64,000 nucleotides of DNA from positions 6,920 through 70,919 of the forward strand of contig CADBKG010000005.1 in NCBI GenBank assembly GCA_902795215.1, given 5' to 3'. The first letter of the stretch is position 1, and each line of letters starts with the position of its first letter. The DNA is from an uncultured Erysipelotrichaceae bacterium. GTDB lineage: Bacteria; Bacillota_I; Bacilli_A; RF39; UBA660. Position numbers and translations under genes: made by a program. The notes under the pieces are model-generated. The model was not told where the DNA came from, searched no databases, and saw nothing but the letters and a program-made list of their open reading frames with translations. Positions 1 to 9,088 of this stretch are shown here, piece by piece.

Positions 1-1
1 T

Positions 2-226
2 AATGAAGAGGTTACAAATGCTATGGTTGTTCTAACGAGTGTACATTATAATGATAGTGTACTTAAAAATCTAGCGGATGAAACAACATTAAATTATAAA
101 GATGAAAATGTTGATATATTTAAATCTAAGTCTAACGGTGGAAGTGAAAAGAGTAATTTTCTAGAGTATGTTGAAGAATATGATCCAACTGAAGATGAAC
201 TTCCAGATTATGATTTGATAAAGTAA
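2..226 (+). CDS. 3' end of an unidentified CDS (5'-partial at window edge)
   Basis: Open frame from window edge to TAA 224-226; acidic tail EEYDPTEDELPDYDLIK; family not recognised. Confidence 0.35.
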   Translation, partial: NEEVTNAMVVLTSVHYNDSVLKNLADETTLNYKDENVDIFKSKSNGGSEKSNFLEYVEEYDPTEDELPDYDLIK

Positions 227-240
227 AGGGTGTGACTAAC

Positions 241-1191
241 TTGGGATTATTTGATAAGTTAAAAGATATTTTATTTGAAGAAGAAACAATTGAAATTCCA
301 GTAATTAAAAAAGAAGATACTAAAAAAGAAGTTGTTTCTAAACCAAAAAGAGAAAAAGTTGTAAAAACACATGAAGTAAAAGAAGATACTGATGAAGTTA
401 AAATAACTAAAATTACTGCTTCAGAAGATACATTTTTCGATATGCCAAAATTAAAAACAAAAGAAGATACACCAAAAGAAGAACCATCTGAAACAAAAAG
501 TACATTTACTTTTCCAGTTTTTGAAGATGATGATTTGGATTTTTCAACCTTAAAAAGAAAAACAGCAGAAAAAGCAAAGGATGATTTACCAAAAAATGTC
601 AATTCCTATAAACCTGAGAGAAAACCTAGTTTATTATTTGATGAATATGAAGACCCAGAGCCAAAAAAACAACCAAATACTAGACATGAAACAAGTAATA
701 AACCGTACAATGCCAGTTCATTTAAATTATCACCAATTATATCTCCAGTATATGGGGTGCTTGATGAAGACTATAAAAAAGAAGATATTGTTTCAAGACA
801 TGAAAGAAAAATACTTAGTACAGAAAAGCTTGATTTAGATTCTGTTAGAAAAAAAGCGTATGGGACATTAGAAGATGAAATAGAAGAAACTTTAACTAAG
901 GAAGAAGAAGTTCCAGTTGTTAAAGAAGAAAAGAAAGTTGAGGTTGATGCACTACCGGAGGATGGTCTAAGCGTTAGTGATCTTCTTACTGATGACACAG
1001 AAGATTTTGTTGCGGACATCGAAGAAGTTAGTGAAGAAGTAAATGAAGAGATTGATTTAGATGAAATCGAAGAATTAGAAGAACCAAAGGAAGAAGAAAA
1101 GAAAAAAGAAGTTAAGAAAGACGATGAACCTTTAGAAGACGATTTATTTGATTTAATCGATTCATTGTATGTTGGAAAGGGTGAAAACTAG
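241..1191 (+). CDS. acidic Glu/Lys-rich low-complexity protein, function unknown
   Basis: Long ORF (track 232-1191). TTG 241 preferred because AAGGGTG lies ~9 nt upstream. N-terminus (M)GLFDKLKDILFEEE looks amphipathic; the rest is E/K/D-rich. Start uncertain (GTG 232 or TTG 241). Confidence 0.55.
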   Translation: MGLFDKLKDILFEEETIEIPVIKKEDTKKEVVSKPKREKVVKTHEVKEDTDEVKITKITASEDTFFDMPKLKTKEDTPKEEPSETKSTFTFPVFEDDDLDFSTLKRKTAEKAKDDLPKNVNSYKPERKPSLLFDEYEDPEPKKQPNTRHETSNKPYNASSFKLSPIISPVYGVLDEDYKKEDIVSRHERKILSTEKLDLDSVRKKAYGTLEDEIEETLTKEEEVPVVKEEKKVEVDALPEDGLSVSDLLTDDTEDFVADIEEVSEEVNEEIDLDEIEELEEPKEEEKKKEVKKDDEPLEDDLFDLIDSLYVGKGEN

Positions 1192-1193
1192 AA

Positions 1194-1496
1194 ATGGAAT
1201 TTTTAAGTGTATATTTGCCAATATGTATTTATATTTTATTAATAATTTTACTAATAGTTGGCATAATATTAGGTGTGAGATTAATTAATACTGCAGATAA
1301 ATTAAATGATCTACTTGATGATACGAAAGGTAAAGTTGATTCATTAAATGGACTATTTAATGTAATTGATTTTACTACTGACAAAATTGCAAACTTTTCA
1401 GATAGTATTATTAATCTAACTAGTAGATTTGCTAGTCACATTGGAAGTAAGAAAAGAAAAAAATATGAAGAGGAAGAGGATGATTATTATGAGTAA
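1194..1496 (+). CDS. DUF948/YtxG-like membrane-anchored protein
   Basis: N-terminal TM helix (VYLPICIYILLIILLIVGIILGV) then a helical segment. Lies directly upstream of a YtxH-like gene, as in B. subtilis ytxGH (family assignment from memory). Confidence 0.55.
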   Translation: MEFLSVYLPICIYILLIILLIVGIILGVRLINTADKLNDLLDDTKGKVDSLNGLFNVIDFTTDKIANFSDSIINLTSRFASHIGSKKRKKYEEEEDDYYE

Positions 1497-1890
1497 AAGA
1501 TTAGGAAAATTTCTTGCTGGTTTAGGAGTAGGTGTAGGGCTTGGTTTCTTACTTGCACCAGAAAAAGGAGAAGAAACTAGAAAAAAATTAAAAAAACAAG
1601 CGCAAAGTGCAATCGAGGATTTAAAAGATATTGATTACAATGAAGTAAAAGATAATTTGTTAGATAAAATTAGTCAACTAGAAGAAGAAGTTAAAGACTT
1701 AAATAAAGAGAAAGTAGTAGCACTTGCAAAAGAAAAAGGCGATGTGTTAAAGAAAAAAGCTGATGAGTTATATAAAGAAGCTGTTAAACAAGGTAAGCCA
1801 TATGCAGAAAAAGCTGCTAAAGAAGCAAAAGATTATGCAGCTACTACACTAAAAAAAGTCGTAGCAAAACTTGAAAAAGACGATAAATAA
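1489..1890 (+). CDS. YtxH-domain protein
   Basis: ATG 1489 overlaps the upstream stop by 8 nt. MSKRLGKFLAGLGVGVGLGFLLAPEKGEETRKKLKK matches the YtxH N-terminal signature (TM then APxxGxETR). The remainder is a Lys/Glu-rich helix. Confidence 0.7.
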   Translation: MSKRLGKFLAGLGVGVGLGFLLAPEKGEETRKKLKKQAQSAIEDLKDIDYNEVKDNLLDKISQLEEEVKDLNKEKVVALAKEKGDVLKKKADELYKEAVKQGKPYAEKAAKEAKDYAATTLKKVVAKLEKDDK

Positions 1891-1893
1891 AAA

Positions 1894-1928
1894 TACATTA
1901 GAAATGCATGTTTCTAATGTATTTTTTT
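1894..1928. terminator. bidirectional rho-independent terminator
   Basis: TACATTAGAAA-tgcatg-TTTCTAATGTA followed by a T-run on + and flanked by an A-run upstream; lies between convergent genes. Confidence 0.7.
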
Positions 1929-2209
1929 AATGCTTTAGAATTCTTGTCATAAATAATTTTTAATTGATTATCAATTTCAACTATTCCCTTAGCGCCAAGC
2001 TTTTGAATAGCTTCTTTATCTGCTTTGTCAGGATCTTTAAGTGTAACTTTTAATCTTGACTTAGTAACTTCGCAATCAATTATATTATCTTTTCCACCTA
2101 AATGAGTAACAAGCTTATTCATTTCTTCATCAAAGTTTTTACTATTTAGTTTTAAGACTACTAATACTATTACTACAAGAATAGCTGCTATTATTAAATA
2201 TTCTTCCAT
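1898..2209 (-). CDS. membrane-anchored PTS EIIB-like domain protein
   Basis: N-terminal TM helix, then LGGKDNIIDCEVTKSRLKVTLKD...GAKGIVEIDNQLKII. This resembles the PTS EIIB(Glc) pattern LGGxxNI..hCxTRLR..lkD. No EIIC/EIIA neighbours. Confidence 0.5.
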   Translation of the reverse strand: MEEYLIIAAILVVIVLVVLKLNSKNFDEEMNKLVTHLGGKDNIIDCEVTKSRLKVTLKDPDKADKEAIQKLGAKGIVEIDNQLKIIYDKNSKALKKYIRNMHF

Positions 2210-2270
2210 ATTATCACCAAATTAATTATACTATAAAAATATTAAAAAAGATACCTTTTTATTAATAATC

Positions 2271-2298
2271 ACTATTTTTAAAGTTTTATCATAAATTA
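2271..2298 (+). promoter_or_regulatory. possible sigma-K-type sporulation promoter
   Basis: AC (2271-2272), 17 nt, CATAAATTA (2290-2298) fits AC-N17-CATAnnnTA, about 30 nt upstream of the coat-protein ATG. Hand match only. Confidence 0.3.
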
Positions 2299-2326
2299 TA
2301 ATGAAAGAAAGAAAAAGGTGAATAAT

Positions 2327-2761
2327 ATGTCTAATAATAATAATTCAAATAATGGTATCGCAGAAATATTAGAAGTTATATTAGTGCTCCAAAAAAATGC
2401 TGGATGCGCAGATAGTGCACTAGACTCATGTGATAAACCTATTCTTGGAGGATGCAATGCAACTTGTGTATGTAACACTAGACCAATAATGCTTTATTTA
2501 TGTGGTCAAGGAAATACACCTCTTAGTATGCCAACTACTAAAGAAAATATAGTATGTACAGATACTACAACCGAAGGATGTTCTAATGTATTTAGAGTTG
2601 AAAAAGTAGATTGTAATGCAGCCACTTTTAGAGTACTTGCTCCAAATCCTGATGAAACAAGTCTTTATCCTTATATAAGTACTAATAGTTTCTTTTCAGT
2701 TAATTTAGATTGTTTATGTTGTATTAGATGCTTAAATGATACATGTGTTGAATGCGTATAA
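2327..2761 (+). CDS. cysteine-rich spore coat/exosporium protein, CotY/CotZ/ExsY family
   Basis: ATG 2327 with AAAAAGG ~8 nt upstream; 144 aa with many Cys. FRVEKVDCNAATFRVL and VNLDCLCCIRCLN align with B. subtilis CotZ FFRVERVHGSCATLSLL and VDLDCFCAINCLN (recalled). Confidence 0.75.
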   Translation: MSNNNNSNNGIAEILEVILVLQKNAGCADSALDSCDKPILGGCNATCVCNTRPIMLYLCGQGNTPLSMPTTKENIVCTDTTTEGCSNVFRVEKVDCNAATFRVLAPNPDETSLYPYISTNSFFSVNLDCLCCIRCLNDTCVECV

Positions 2762-2863
2762 CGAGTGATACTAAACAAAGATTATTTGCTAGCAAATAAT
2801 CTTTTTCCATTTATTGGAAGTTTATATAATGCTTTATTGTTTAAAATAATATTGGTGAATACT

Positions 2864-3184
2864 ATGAGAAAGTTATTTTTTAATATATTAATGATGACTG
2901 TAATAGGTTCTTTATCGGTTAGAAGTTTAAACAATGTTAAAGAAGAATATTTAAATAATATAAATCATTTAAATCTTGAAGAAAAAATAATTAAAGATAA
3001 TAGTGAATATGATATTAAGAAGATATGTTCATATGAATTTTGTGATTTTTTTGATGGAGATTCTATTAAAGGAAGAATAGAAAAATTTACCAAAAGATAT
3101 TTAAATACTATAAATGATGAAGAAATAAAAAATACCCTTAAAGTTAAGGGTATTAAAATTACTAAAATAATATATAAAAATTAA
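2864..3184 (+). CDS. hypothetical secreted or membrane-anchored protein
   Basis: ATG 2864 gives a signal/anchor-like N-terminus MRKLFFNILMMTVIGSLSV. The upstream part of the track ORF (from 2765) has no RBS. Confidence 0.4.
   Translation: MRKLFFNILMMTVIGSLSVRSLNNVKEEYLNNINHLNLEEKIIKDNSEYDIKKICSYEFCDFFDGDSIKGRIEKFTKRYLNTINDEEIKNTLKVKGIKITKIIYKN
3122..3154 (-). terminator. rho-independent terminator for the minus-strand 75-aa gene
   Basis: 11-bp palindrome AATACCCTTAA/TTAAGGGTATT (3131-3154), followed on the minus strand by TTTTTATTT (3130-3122). Embedded in the 3' end of the convergent + CDS. Confidence 0.4.
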
Positions 3185-3408
3185 CCTTCTCTAGAACCAA
3201 AAGCAAAAGAAGAAACAAGTTTTAAAATTACAATTGCAATTCCAATATCAATTAAGTATTCTAGTAAGTCTCCAGCTTGATCTGGTAATATACTATGAAT
3301 AAATGATGAATATCTAGAATATAAGTCTACTAATGCTGCCCAAAATTTTTGGAAAAAATTAAGGTTTTCCTCTTCCTTTACGTCTAGTATTGTTATAAGT
3401 TTCAACAT
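3181..3408 (-). CDS. hypothetical small protein (75 aa) with C-terminal hydrophobic helix
   Basis: ORF with C-terminal IDIGIAIVILKLVSSFAF; a terminator follows; no family recognised. Confidence 0.4.
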   Translation of the reverse strand: MLKLITILDVKEEENLNFFQKFWAALVDLYSRYSSFIHSILPDQAGDLLEYLIDIGIAIVILKLVSSFAFGSREG

Positions 3409-3467
3409 ATTTTATCACATCCTAAATATGATTATACACTATTTTATTAAAAAATAATAGTTAATTA

Positions 3468-3496
3468 TTGCTTTTTTTGTAAATACTTGATATAAT
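3468..3496 (+). promoter_or_regulatory. sigma-A-type promoter of tRNA-His
   Basis: TTGCTT (3468-3473), 17 nt, TATAAT (3491-3496); 12 nt upstream of the tRNA 5' end. Confidence 0.5.
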
Positions 3497-3508
3497 CTAA
3501 ATGCTTAC

Positions 3509-3585
3509 GGCGGAATTGGTGAAGTGGTTAACACGGCGGATTGTGGCTCCGTTATGCAAGGGTTCGACTCCCTTATTTCGCCCCA
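3509..3585 (+). tRNA. tRNA-His (GTG)
   Basis: Hand-folded cloverleaf: acceptor GCGGAAT/ATTTCGC, extra G-1 opposite C73, anticodon loop containing GTG, T-arm AAGGGTTCGACTCCCTT, encoded CCA. Confidence 0.9.
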
Positions 3586-3597
3586 TTGTGATATTAA

Positions 3598-3622
3598 ACG
3601 GACTATTATAGTTCGTTTTTTT
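3598..3622 (+). terminator. rho-independent terminator after tRNA-His
   Basis: ACGGACT-attat-AGTTCGT followed by T6. Confidence 0.6.
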
Positions 3623-3656
3623 ATGTTATACTATTAATATAGAAACGAAGGTAATT

Positions 3657-4517
3657 ATGAAAAAACTATTTGGAGAATTAAATTTAACTTGGAAAAAAAC
3701 AATTATATCAGCATTAGTTATAGGAATAGTTTTAGGATTAATAGCACAAATACCATTATTAAATGATACTTCTTTTACTAATTCGCTTGTAAGTTTTGAG
3801 TTATGGGTATTATTTGGCATTCTTATAATTATGAATAGCAAATCTTCAAAGGAATCAGCTTTAAAATGTTTTGTGTTTTTCTTAATAAGCCAGCCATTAA
3901 TATATTTAACACAAGATGTAATAGAGCATAGTAAGTTATTTTTAACATATTATAGATTTTGGATAGGATGGACTATTGCTTGCTTGCCAATGGGATTTGT
4001 TGGTTACTATATGAAAAAAGACAAATGGTGGGGATTATTAATTTTACTTCCTATACTTGTTTTACTAGGATTTGAATATTACAGATATTTATCTATGACC
4101 ATGTTTTCTTTTCCTAGACATGTTTTAACCGTTCTTTTTTGCATAGCTACATTAATTATTTATCCGCTATATATATTTAATAATAAAAAAATAAAAATTG
4201 CAGGAGTAATTATAAGTATGCTTATTATTCTATCGATGACGGGACTTAGCCTTGCTAAACCAGAAGTATACGCTACTGATATATTAATAAGTGGAGGAAA
4301 ATATAGATTTGATGATACATATAAAGCATATTTAGAAGACAATAAGTATGGTGATTTATCTTTACAATATGAAGATAATCTCGATACTTGGATAGTACAT
4401 GCAGAATTTAAAAAAGCAGGGAATACTAAAGTTATATTAGAATCACCAGATGGCAAGAAAACAAGGTTTAATATTTCTATAAAAAGAAATACATATGATA
4501 TAAAGGAGATAAAATAA
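3657..4517 (+). CDS. polytopic membrane protein with ~80-aa C-terminal soluble domain, unknown function
   Basis: RBS GAAGG upstream of ATG 3657; about 6 hydrophobic helices followed by a beta-rich tail. Confidence 0.55.
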   Translation: MKKLFGELNLTWKKTIISALVIGIVLGLIAQIPLLNDTSFTNSLVSFELWVLFGILIIMNSKSSKESALKCFVFFLISQPLIYLTQDVIEHSKLFLTYYRFWIGWTIACLPMGFVGYYMKKDKWWGLLILLPILVLLGFEYYRYLSMTMFSFPRHVLTVLFCIATLIIYPLYIFNNKKIKIAGVIISMLIILSMTGLSLAKPEVYATDILISGGKYRFDDTYKAYLEDNKYGDLSLQYEDNLDTWIVHAEFKKAGNTKVILESPDGKKTRFNISIKRNTYDIKEIK

Positions 4518-4550
4518 AACGTCAAGAATGATATCCTGACGTTTTATTTT
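4516..4550. terminator. bidirectional terminator
   Basis: AAAACGTCA...TGACGTTTT hairpin flanked by A-run and T-run; lies between convergent genes. Confidence 0.65.
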
Positions 4551-6367
4551 ACTTTAATAGCTAGATTGTAGTTTTGTTTTTTACCGTTAATATACATTGG
4601 GAATTCCTTATTTTGTAGTGTATTAGTCTTTTGAAAATATAAATCTATATTTTCATATTCCCTTATAACAATAGGTGTAATTTTAATAGTATATATTCTT
4701 CCTTTATATAATTTAACTTTATTAAACTTAACATAATTTGATTCTCTTTCAGAATAATTAGCCACTCCAAGGGTTTTACTAGCTATAACCTTGTTTCCAT
4801 CTAAAATTTGTATTTTAAATGCATTTCTTAATTCTCTATATGAAGTGCCATATTTATTTGTTTTTATGTTAAAGTAAATAACATCTAGCTCTTCAGTTTC
4901 CAATACTTTAAAGTCTTGTGAAATTGATTTTACATCATATAAATCTTCGTTCATATAAGACACAGGAACATCTTGATAATTATATATGGTATATCCATTT
5001 TTTACAACATTGGTATATACTAATAATAATAGTATAAAGCTCGTAATTAATATTTGTAATAATTCTAAATTATAAGATTTATATGATATGTTTGTATCCT
5101 TGCTGTTTGGCTTGTTAATTACAAATATAGAAATGATTGAAGATATAAATATAGTATAAAGTAAAGTGCTATATTTAGTTAAGTTGTTTATATTAAAGAA
5201 ATTATATATATTTTGATATTCAAATATATCTCTATCATAGAAATTAATATACTTTGCTAAAAACAGTTTTGAAGTTAAATCACTTGTTGAATAAACCCAA
5301 TGGTTCATAAGTATATATATTCCAAATGAAGAAGTTCCAATTATAAATAACAATAAACTAATAGGGTAATTCTTTTTATTAATTGAAGTTATTAGTAAAA
5401 TAAATGGTACAATTAATATTATCCAATATGATCTAATATGTGTAAATGATAAAAACAATGAAATTGAAACAGATGCTATATACGTGTATTTTAAATTTTT
5501 ATTCTCATCTTTTTCAAAATTATGAATATATGCATATACACATAAAATACCAAATAATAGTAAGAATATATTTAAAGAATATCCAGCAATAGATATATTT
5601 GAATTAAGTATAAGATCCATCGCTGATGAATTCTGTGATCCCATTGCAATTTTATAATAAGCATTATGAATAAATGGTATTTCAAGTAATATATTAAATG
5701 AAAGAGTAAGTAAAGTCTTTAAAATAATTTTTATAATATTTTTTTCTTTTAAAAGTAAAAGAGGAATAAAAATAAATATTGCAAAAGATTTTAATGGCAT
5801 TGCTACAACAAACGATAGGTAAAATAATATTTTATTGTTTTTTAAATAGCCATATAATCCAAGTAAAATAAATAGTAATGATATAGAATCATATTGACAT
5901 GCGACCATAGAAGGAATAATAGTGCATGCACTTGATAAAAATAATATTTGGCTTGTAATACCTACATTTTTATTGTTAGTTAAATAAATTGATATTTTTT
6001 TCAATATATGACTCGAAAGTAATGTAGTAGTGAGTATTAATAATTTACAGTAACTAAGGGCATAAAAAGAATTCATATAATCAAAAGGATATAACTTGTT
6101 AATTAAAATGATTGGTAAATTCCAAAGCATAAATATAAAGTATAAAAACACATTATAATTTGCAGTATATACAGTATTAAAGTGAGCGTGTTCGGCAGCA
6201 TACTGATAATAAGAAAATAAATTTCCTTTTTCTATTACTTCAAAAAGCATAACACTATTATCAAGAGTATCTGAAAAATCTGTATAATAAAATATGATTA
6301 ATGATGATAGTAATAGTAAAGTTACCAAAATATAATTTAAACTTTGTAATATTTTTTCCTTCTTCAT
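4544..6367 (-). CDS. large polytopic membrane protein (possible GT-C-like glycosyltransferase) with C-terminal extracytoplasmic domain
   Basis: More than 12 predicted TM helices, then a ~150-aa beta-rich C-terminus. Start set at ATG 6367 (MKKEKILQSL...); TTG 6412 is the alternative. The family call is speculative. Confidence 0.5.
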   Translation of the reverse strand: MKKEKILQSLNYILVTLLLLSSLIIFYYTDFSDTLDNSVMLFEVIEKGNLFSYYQYAAEHAHFNTVYTANYNVFLYFIFMLWNLPIILINKLYPFDYMNSFYALSYCKLLILTTTLLSSHILKKISIYLTNNKNVGITSQILFLSSACTIIPSMVACQYDSISLLFILLGLYGYLKNNKILFYLSFVVAMPLKSFAIFIFIPLLLLKEKNIIKIILKTLLTLSFNILLEIPFIHNAYYKIAMGSQNSSAMDLILNSNISIAGYSLNIFLLLFGILCVYAYIHNFEKDENKNLKYTYIASVSISLFLSFTHIRSYWIILIVPFILLITSINKKNYPISLLLFIIGTSSFGIYILMNHWVYSTSDLTSKLFLAKYINFYDRDIFEYQNIYNFFNINNLTKYSTLLYTIFISSIISIFVINKPNSKDTNISYKSYNLELLQILITSFILLLLVYTNVVKNGYTIYNYQDVPVSYMNEDLYDVKSISQDFKVLETEELDVIYFNIKTNKYGTSYRELRNAFKIQILDGNKVIASKTLGVANYSERESNYVKFNKVKLYKGRIYTIKITPIVIREYENIDLYFQKTNTLQNKEFPMYINGKKQNYNLAIKVK

Positions 6368-6492
6368 AAAAATCACGGTTTTTAGTATAGCATTTAAGAT
6401 TATTAAATTCAACTAATAGTTGAGTGATTTCAACTGATAATATATTTATTTACTATATATACTATTATATAATTATAGTGGAAGTGATTATT

Positions 6493-7608
6493 ATGATATA
6501 TTTAGACTATGCAGCGAATACTCCAGTAGATAAAAAAGTTCTTGATAAATATAATAAAGTAACTTTAAAACTTTTTGGAAATCCAAATAGTACTCATAAT
6601 GCTGGTAAAGTTGCTAAAAAGGAAATTGATAAAGCAAGCGAGGAAATAGCGGGTTACTTTAATGCTTCAAAAGAAAGTGTTATATATACAAGTGGTTCAA
6701 GTGAATCAAATAATATGATAATAAAAGGAATTGCTGATAGATACGCTGATAAAGGGAAGCATATTATTATATCTTCAGTAGAACATTCAAGTATAATTGC
6801 ACCTTGTAATTATTTAGCATCTAAAGGATATGATATAACTTTAATTCCACTTAAAAATGATGGTAAAGTAGATTTAGATGTATTAAAAAAATCTATTAGG
6901 AAAGATACTATTTTAATAAGTATATGTGCTGTTGATTCAGAGCTTGGGACAATCCAGCCTATAGAAGAGATTGCAAAAATTGCAAAAGAAAAAGAAGTTA
7001 TATTTCATACGGATGCAACGCAGGCGATAGGTAAAGTAAATATAGATTATAGCAATGTAGACTTTATTACCTTTGCACCACATAAATTCTTTGGTTTAAA
7101 TGGAATGGGCGTATTAATAAACAGAAACGATATAAAATTCACACCCCTTATTCATGGAGGTAAATCGACTACTGTTTTTAGAAGTGGAACTCCAGTGCCT
7201 GCAAATTCTGCTAGTATTAGTTTGGCATTAAAGCTAGTGTTAAAAGATTTTGATAAAAATAATAAACATTTAAAAGAATTAAATAAATACTTAATTGATA
7301 ATTTAAAAAAGCTTGATTACATACATATTAATTCACCTAAAGATAGCATTCCAAGTACTGTTAATTTTAGTTTAACTTGTATTAATAGTGATATAGTTGT
7401 TAAAAAACTTATCAAAAAAGATATATGTGTATCAAAGCAGTCAGCATGTTCATTTGGATCAGCGCCTAGTAAATCAGTCCTTGCAATAACAAATGATGAA
7501 AATTTAGCTAGAAACTCTATTAGGGTTAGTATGTCTAAATTAACAACTAAAAAAGAACTTGATACATTTATAAAAGAATTAAAAAGTATTTGTGAGGAGT
7601 TAAAATGA
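6493..7608 (+). CDS. cysteine desulfurase (class V aminotransferase, NifS/IscS-like)
   Basis: ATG 6493 gives MIYLDYAANTP. Motifs SSVEHSS, HTDATQAIGK, PHKFFG (PLP lysine) and a C-terminal SACS cysteine loop. Confidence 0.85.
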   Translation: MIYLDYAANTPVDKKVLDKYNKVTLKLFGNPNSTHNAGKVAKKEIDKASEEIAGYFNASKESVIYTSGSSESNNMIIKGIADRYADKGKHIIISSVEHSSIIAPCNYLASKGYDITLIPLKNDGKVDLDVLKKSIRKDTILISICAVDSELGTIQPIEEIAKIAKEKEVIFHTDATQAIGKVNIDYSNVDFITFAPHKFFGLNGMGVLINRNDIKFTPLIHGGKSTTVFRSGTPVPANSASISLALKLVLKDFDKNNKHLKELNKYLIDNLKKLDYIHINSPKDSIPSTVNFSLTCINSDIVVKKLIKKDICVSKQSACSFGSAPSKSVLAITNDENLARNSIRVSMSKLTTKKELDTFIKELKSICEELK

Positions 7609-7865
7609 AAGTAATTAAAATAAATGCCATGTGGTGTCCAGGATGTTTAATATCTAAAAGCACTTGGAAAGAAATTGAGAATAGTTATCCAAACAATGAA
7701 TATATAGACTATGATTATGATCTTGATGAAGATAAAATAGAACCATATAACATTGGTGAAATTCTTCCTGTAGTAATTATTTTTGATAAAGATAAAGAAG
7801 TTAAAAGAATAATAGGAGAGAAATCAAAAAAAGAATTACTTAAAGAAATAGGTGATATTTTATGA
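7605..7865 (+). CDS. thioredoxin-like protein (CPGC)
   Basis: 86 aa with WCPGC near the N-terminus; start overlaps the upstream stop (ATGA). Confidence 0.7.
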   Translation: MKVIKINAMWCPGCLISKSTWKEIENSYPNNEYIDYDYDLDEDKIEPYNIGEILPVVIIFDKDKEVKRIIGEKSKKELLKEIGDIL

Positions 7866-9025
7866 AAAGATTAATTAAACTATTTTTATTATTAGTTCTT
7901 CTTATTCCTAGTATAACCTTTGCTTTGTCAGATGATTATAAAGATGTAGTAAGTAAATATTATGATAATGTTAAAGTGGAAAAAGACAAAGTAAATGTAT
8001 ATTTATTTTATAGTAAAACTTGCCCTCATTGCAGGGAAGAAAGAGAATATTTTAAAGAGCTTGATAAAAAGTACGATGAAATAAATATTTATGAATTTGA
8101 AGTAATAGATAATAAAACTAACTATAACAATATGAAAAAACTAAAAAACTATTTTAATGAATCAAGCACTGGAGTACCATTTACAGTTATAGGTAATAAG
8201 TATGTGCTTGGTTTTACAAACGAATATAGCACTAGAATAGAAAGTATAATCGATGAATATCTAGAAGATGGCAAAGAAGAATATTCGCTGCCTGTGCTAG
8301 GTAAAATAGACGCTAAAACAACAAGTATCAGTTTAATAGCTGTTGTGCTTGGTTTTATAGATGGTTTTAATCCTTGTGCAATGTGGATATTACTTCTTCT
8401 TATAAATATGTGTATTTCTATAAAATCAAGAAAGAAAATGCTTTTAGTTGGTCTTACCTTTATTTTTACAAGTGGTGTTGTATACTTTTTATCAATGCTA
8501 GGACTAGGACTTATACTTGATTTAACAGCAGTTTCAATCATTAGAAACTTAATTGCACTTATTGCAATAGGGCTTGGAATATATAATTTATATGTTTATA
8601 TAAAAACAAGAAATGATGATGGATGCCATGTAGTTGATAAGAAAAAAAGAAAAAGTATTATTAGTAAGTTAAATAATATACTTAGTAAAAATAGTGTGCC
8701 ATTAATAATACTTGGTACTATACTTCTTGCATTTTCGGTTAATCTTGTCGAACTGGCATGTTCACTTGGATTTCCAACAATCTTTTTAGAAATACTATCG
8801 ATAAATGGTATAACTGGTCTATCTAAAATAGTTTATTTACTTTTATATATAGTCTTTTATTTGATAGATGATTTAGTAGTATTTTTAATCGCAGTATTTG
8901 CATTTAAAGTAAAAGGTATAAGTACTAAATATAATAAGTTTGTAAATCTAATTGGTGGAATACTTATGATTATAATGGGAGTACTTTTAATATTAAAACC
9001 AGAATGGATTATGTTAAACTTTTAA
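7862..9025 (+). CDS. signal peptide + thioredoxin-fold (CPHC) domain fused to a CcdA/DsbD-type membrane thiol-disulfide transporter domain
   Basis: MKRLIKLFLLLVLLIPSITFA signal, SKTCPHCREE, then a multi-TM region with GFNPCAMW and ELACSLGFP cysteines. Translationally coupled to the upstream gene. Confidence 0.65.
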   Translation: MKRLIKLFLLLVLLIPSITFALSDDYKDVVSKYYDNVKVEKDKVNVYLFYSKTCPHCREEREYFKELDKKYDEINIYEFEVIDNKTNYNNMKKLKNYFNESSTGVPFTVIGNKYVLGFTNEYSTRIESIIDEYLEDGKEEYSLPVLGKIDAKTTSISLIAVVLGFIDGFNPCAMWILLLLINMCISIKSRKKMLLVGLTFIFTSGVVYFLSMLGLGLILDLTAVSIIRNLIALIAIGLGIYNLYVYIKTRNDDGCHVVDKKKRKSIISKLNNILSKNSVPLIILGTILLAFSVNLVELACSLGFPTIFLEILSINGITGLSKIVYLLLYIVFYLIDDLVVFLIAVFAFKVKGISTKYNKFVNLIGGILMIIMGVLLILKPEWIMLNF

Positions 9026-9088
9026 AGCTTGCATATTCCTTTTTTTTTGTATATAATAAACAGCAATATTTATGTTGGAGGGATATAT

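Noticed and set aside
132-1019. Minus-strand ORFs 132-602 and 771-1019 and the +2-frame ORF 581-838, all overlapping the acidic-protein gene
   Set aside because: These are Ser/Phe-rich antisense or alternate-frame translations of GAA/AAA-rich coding DNA. They have no RBS, and the sense-strand ORF is far longer and contiguous with the operon.
6368-6492. N-terminal extensions of track ORFs (for example 6424-6492 of the desulfurase, 6368-6412 of the membrane protein, 21476-21553 of prsW, 35709-35906 of cotJ)
   Set aside because: The extensions lack RBSs and encode implausible leader sequences. Internal ATGs with good SD sequences give N-termini that match known family members.
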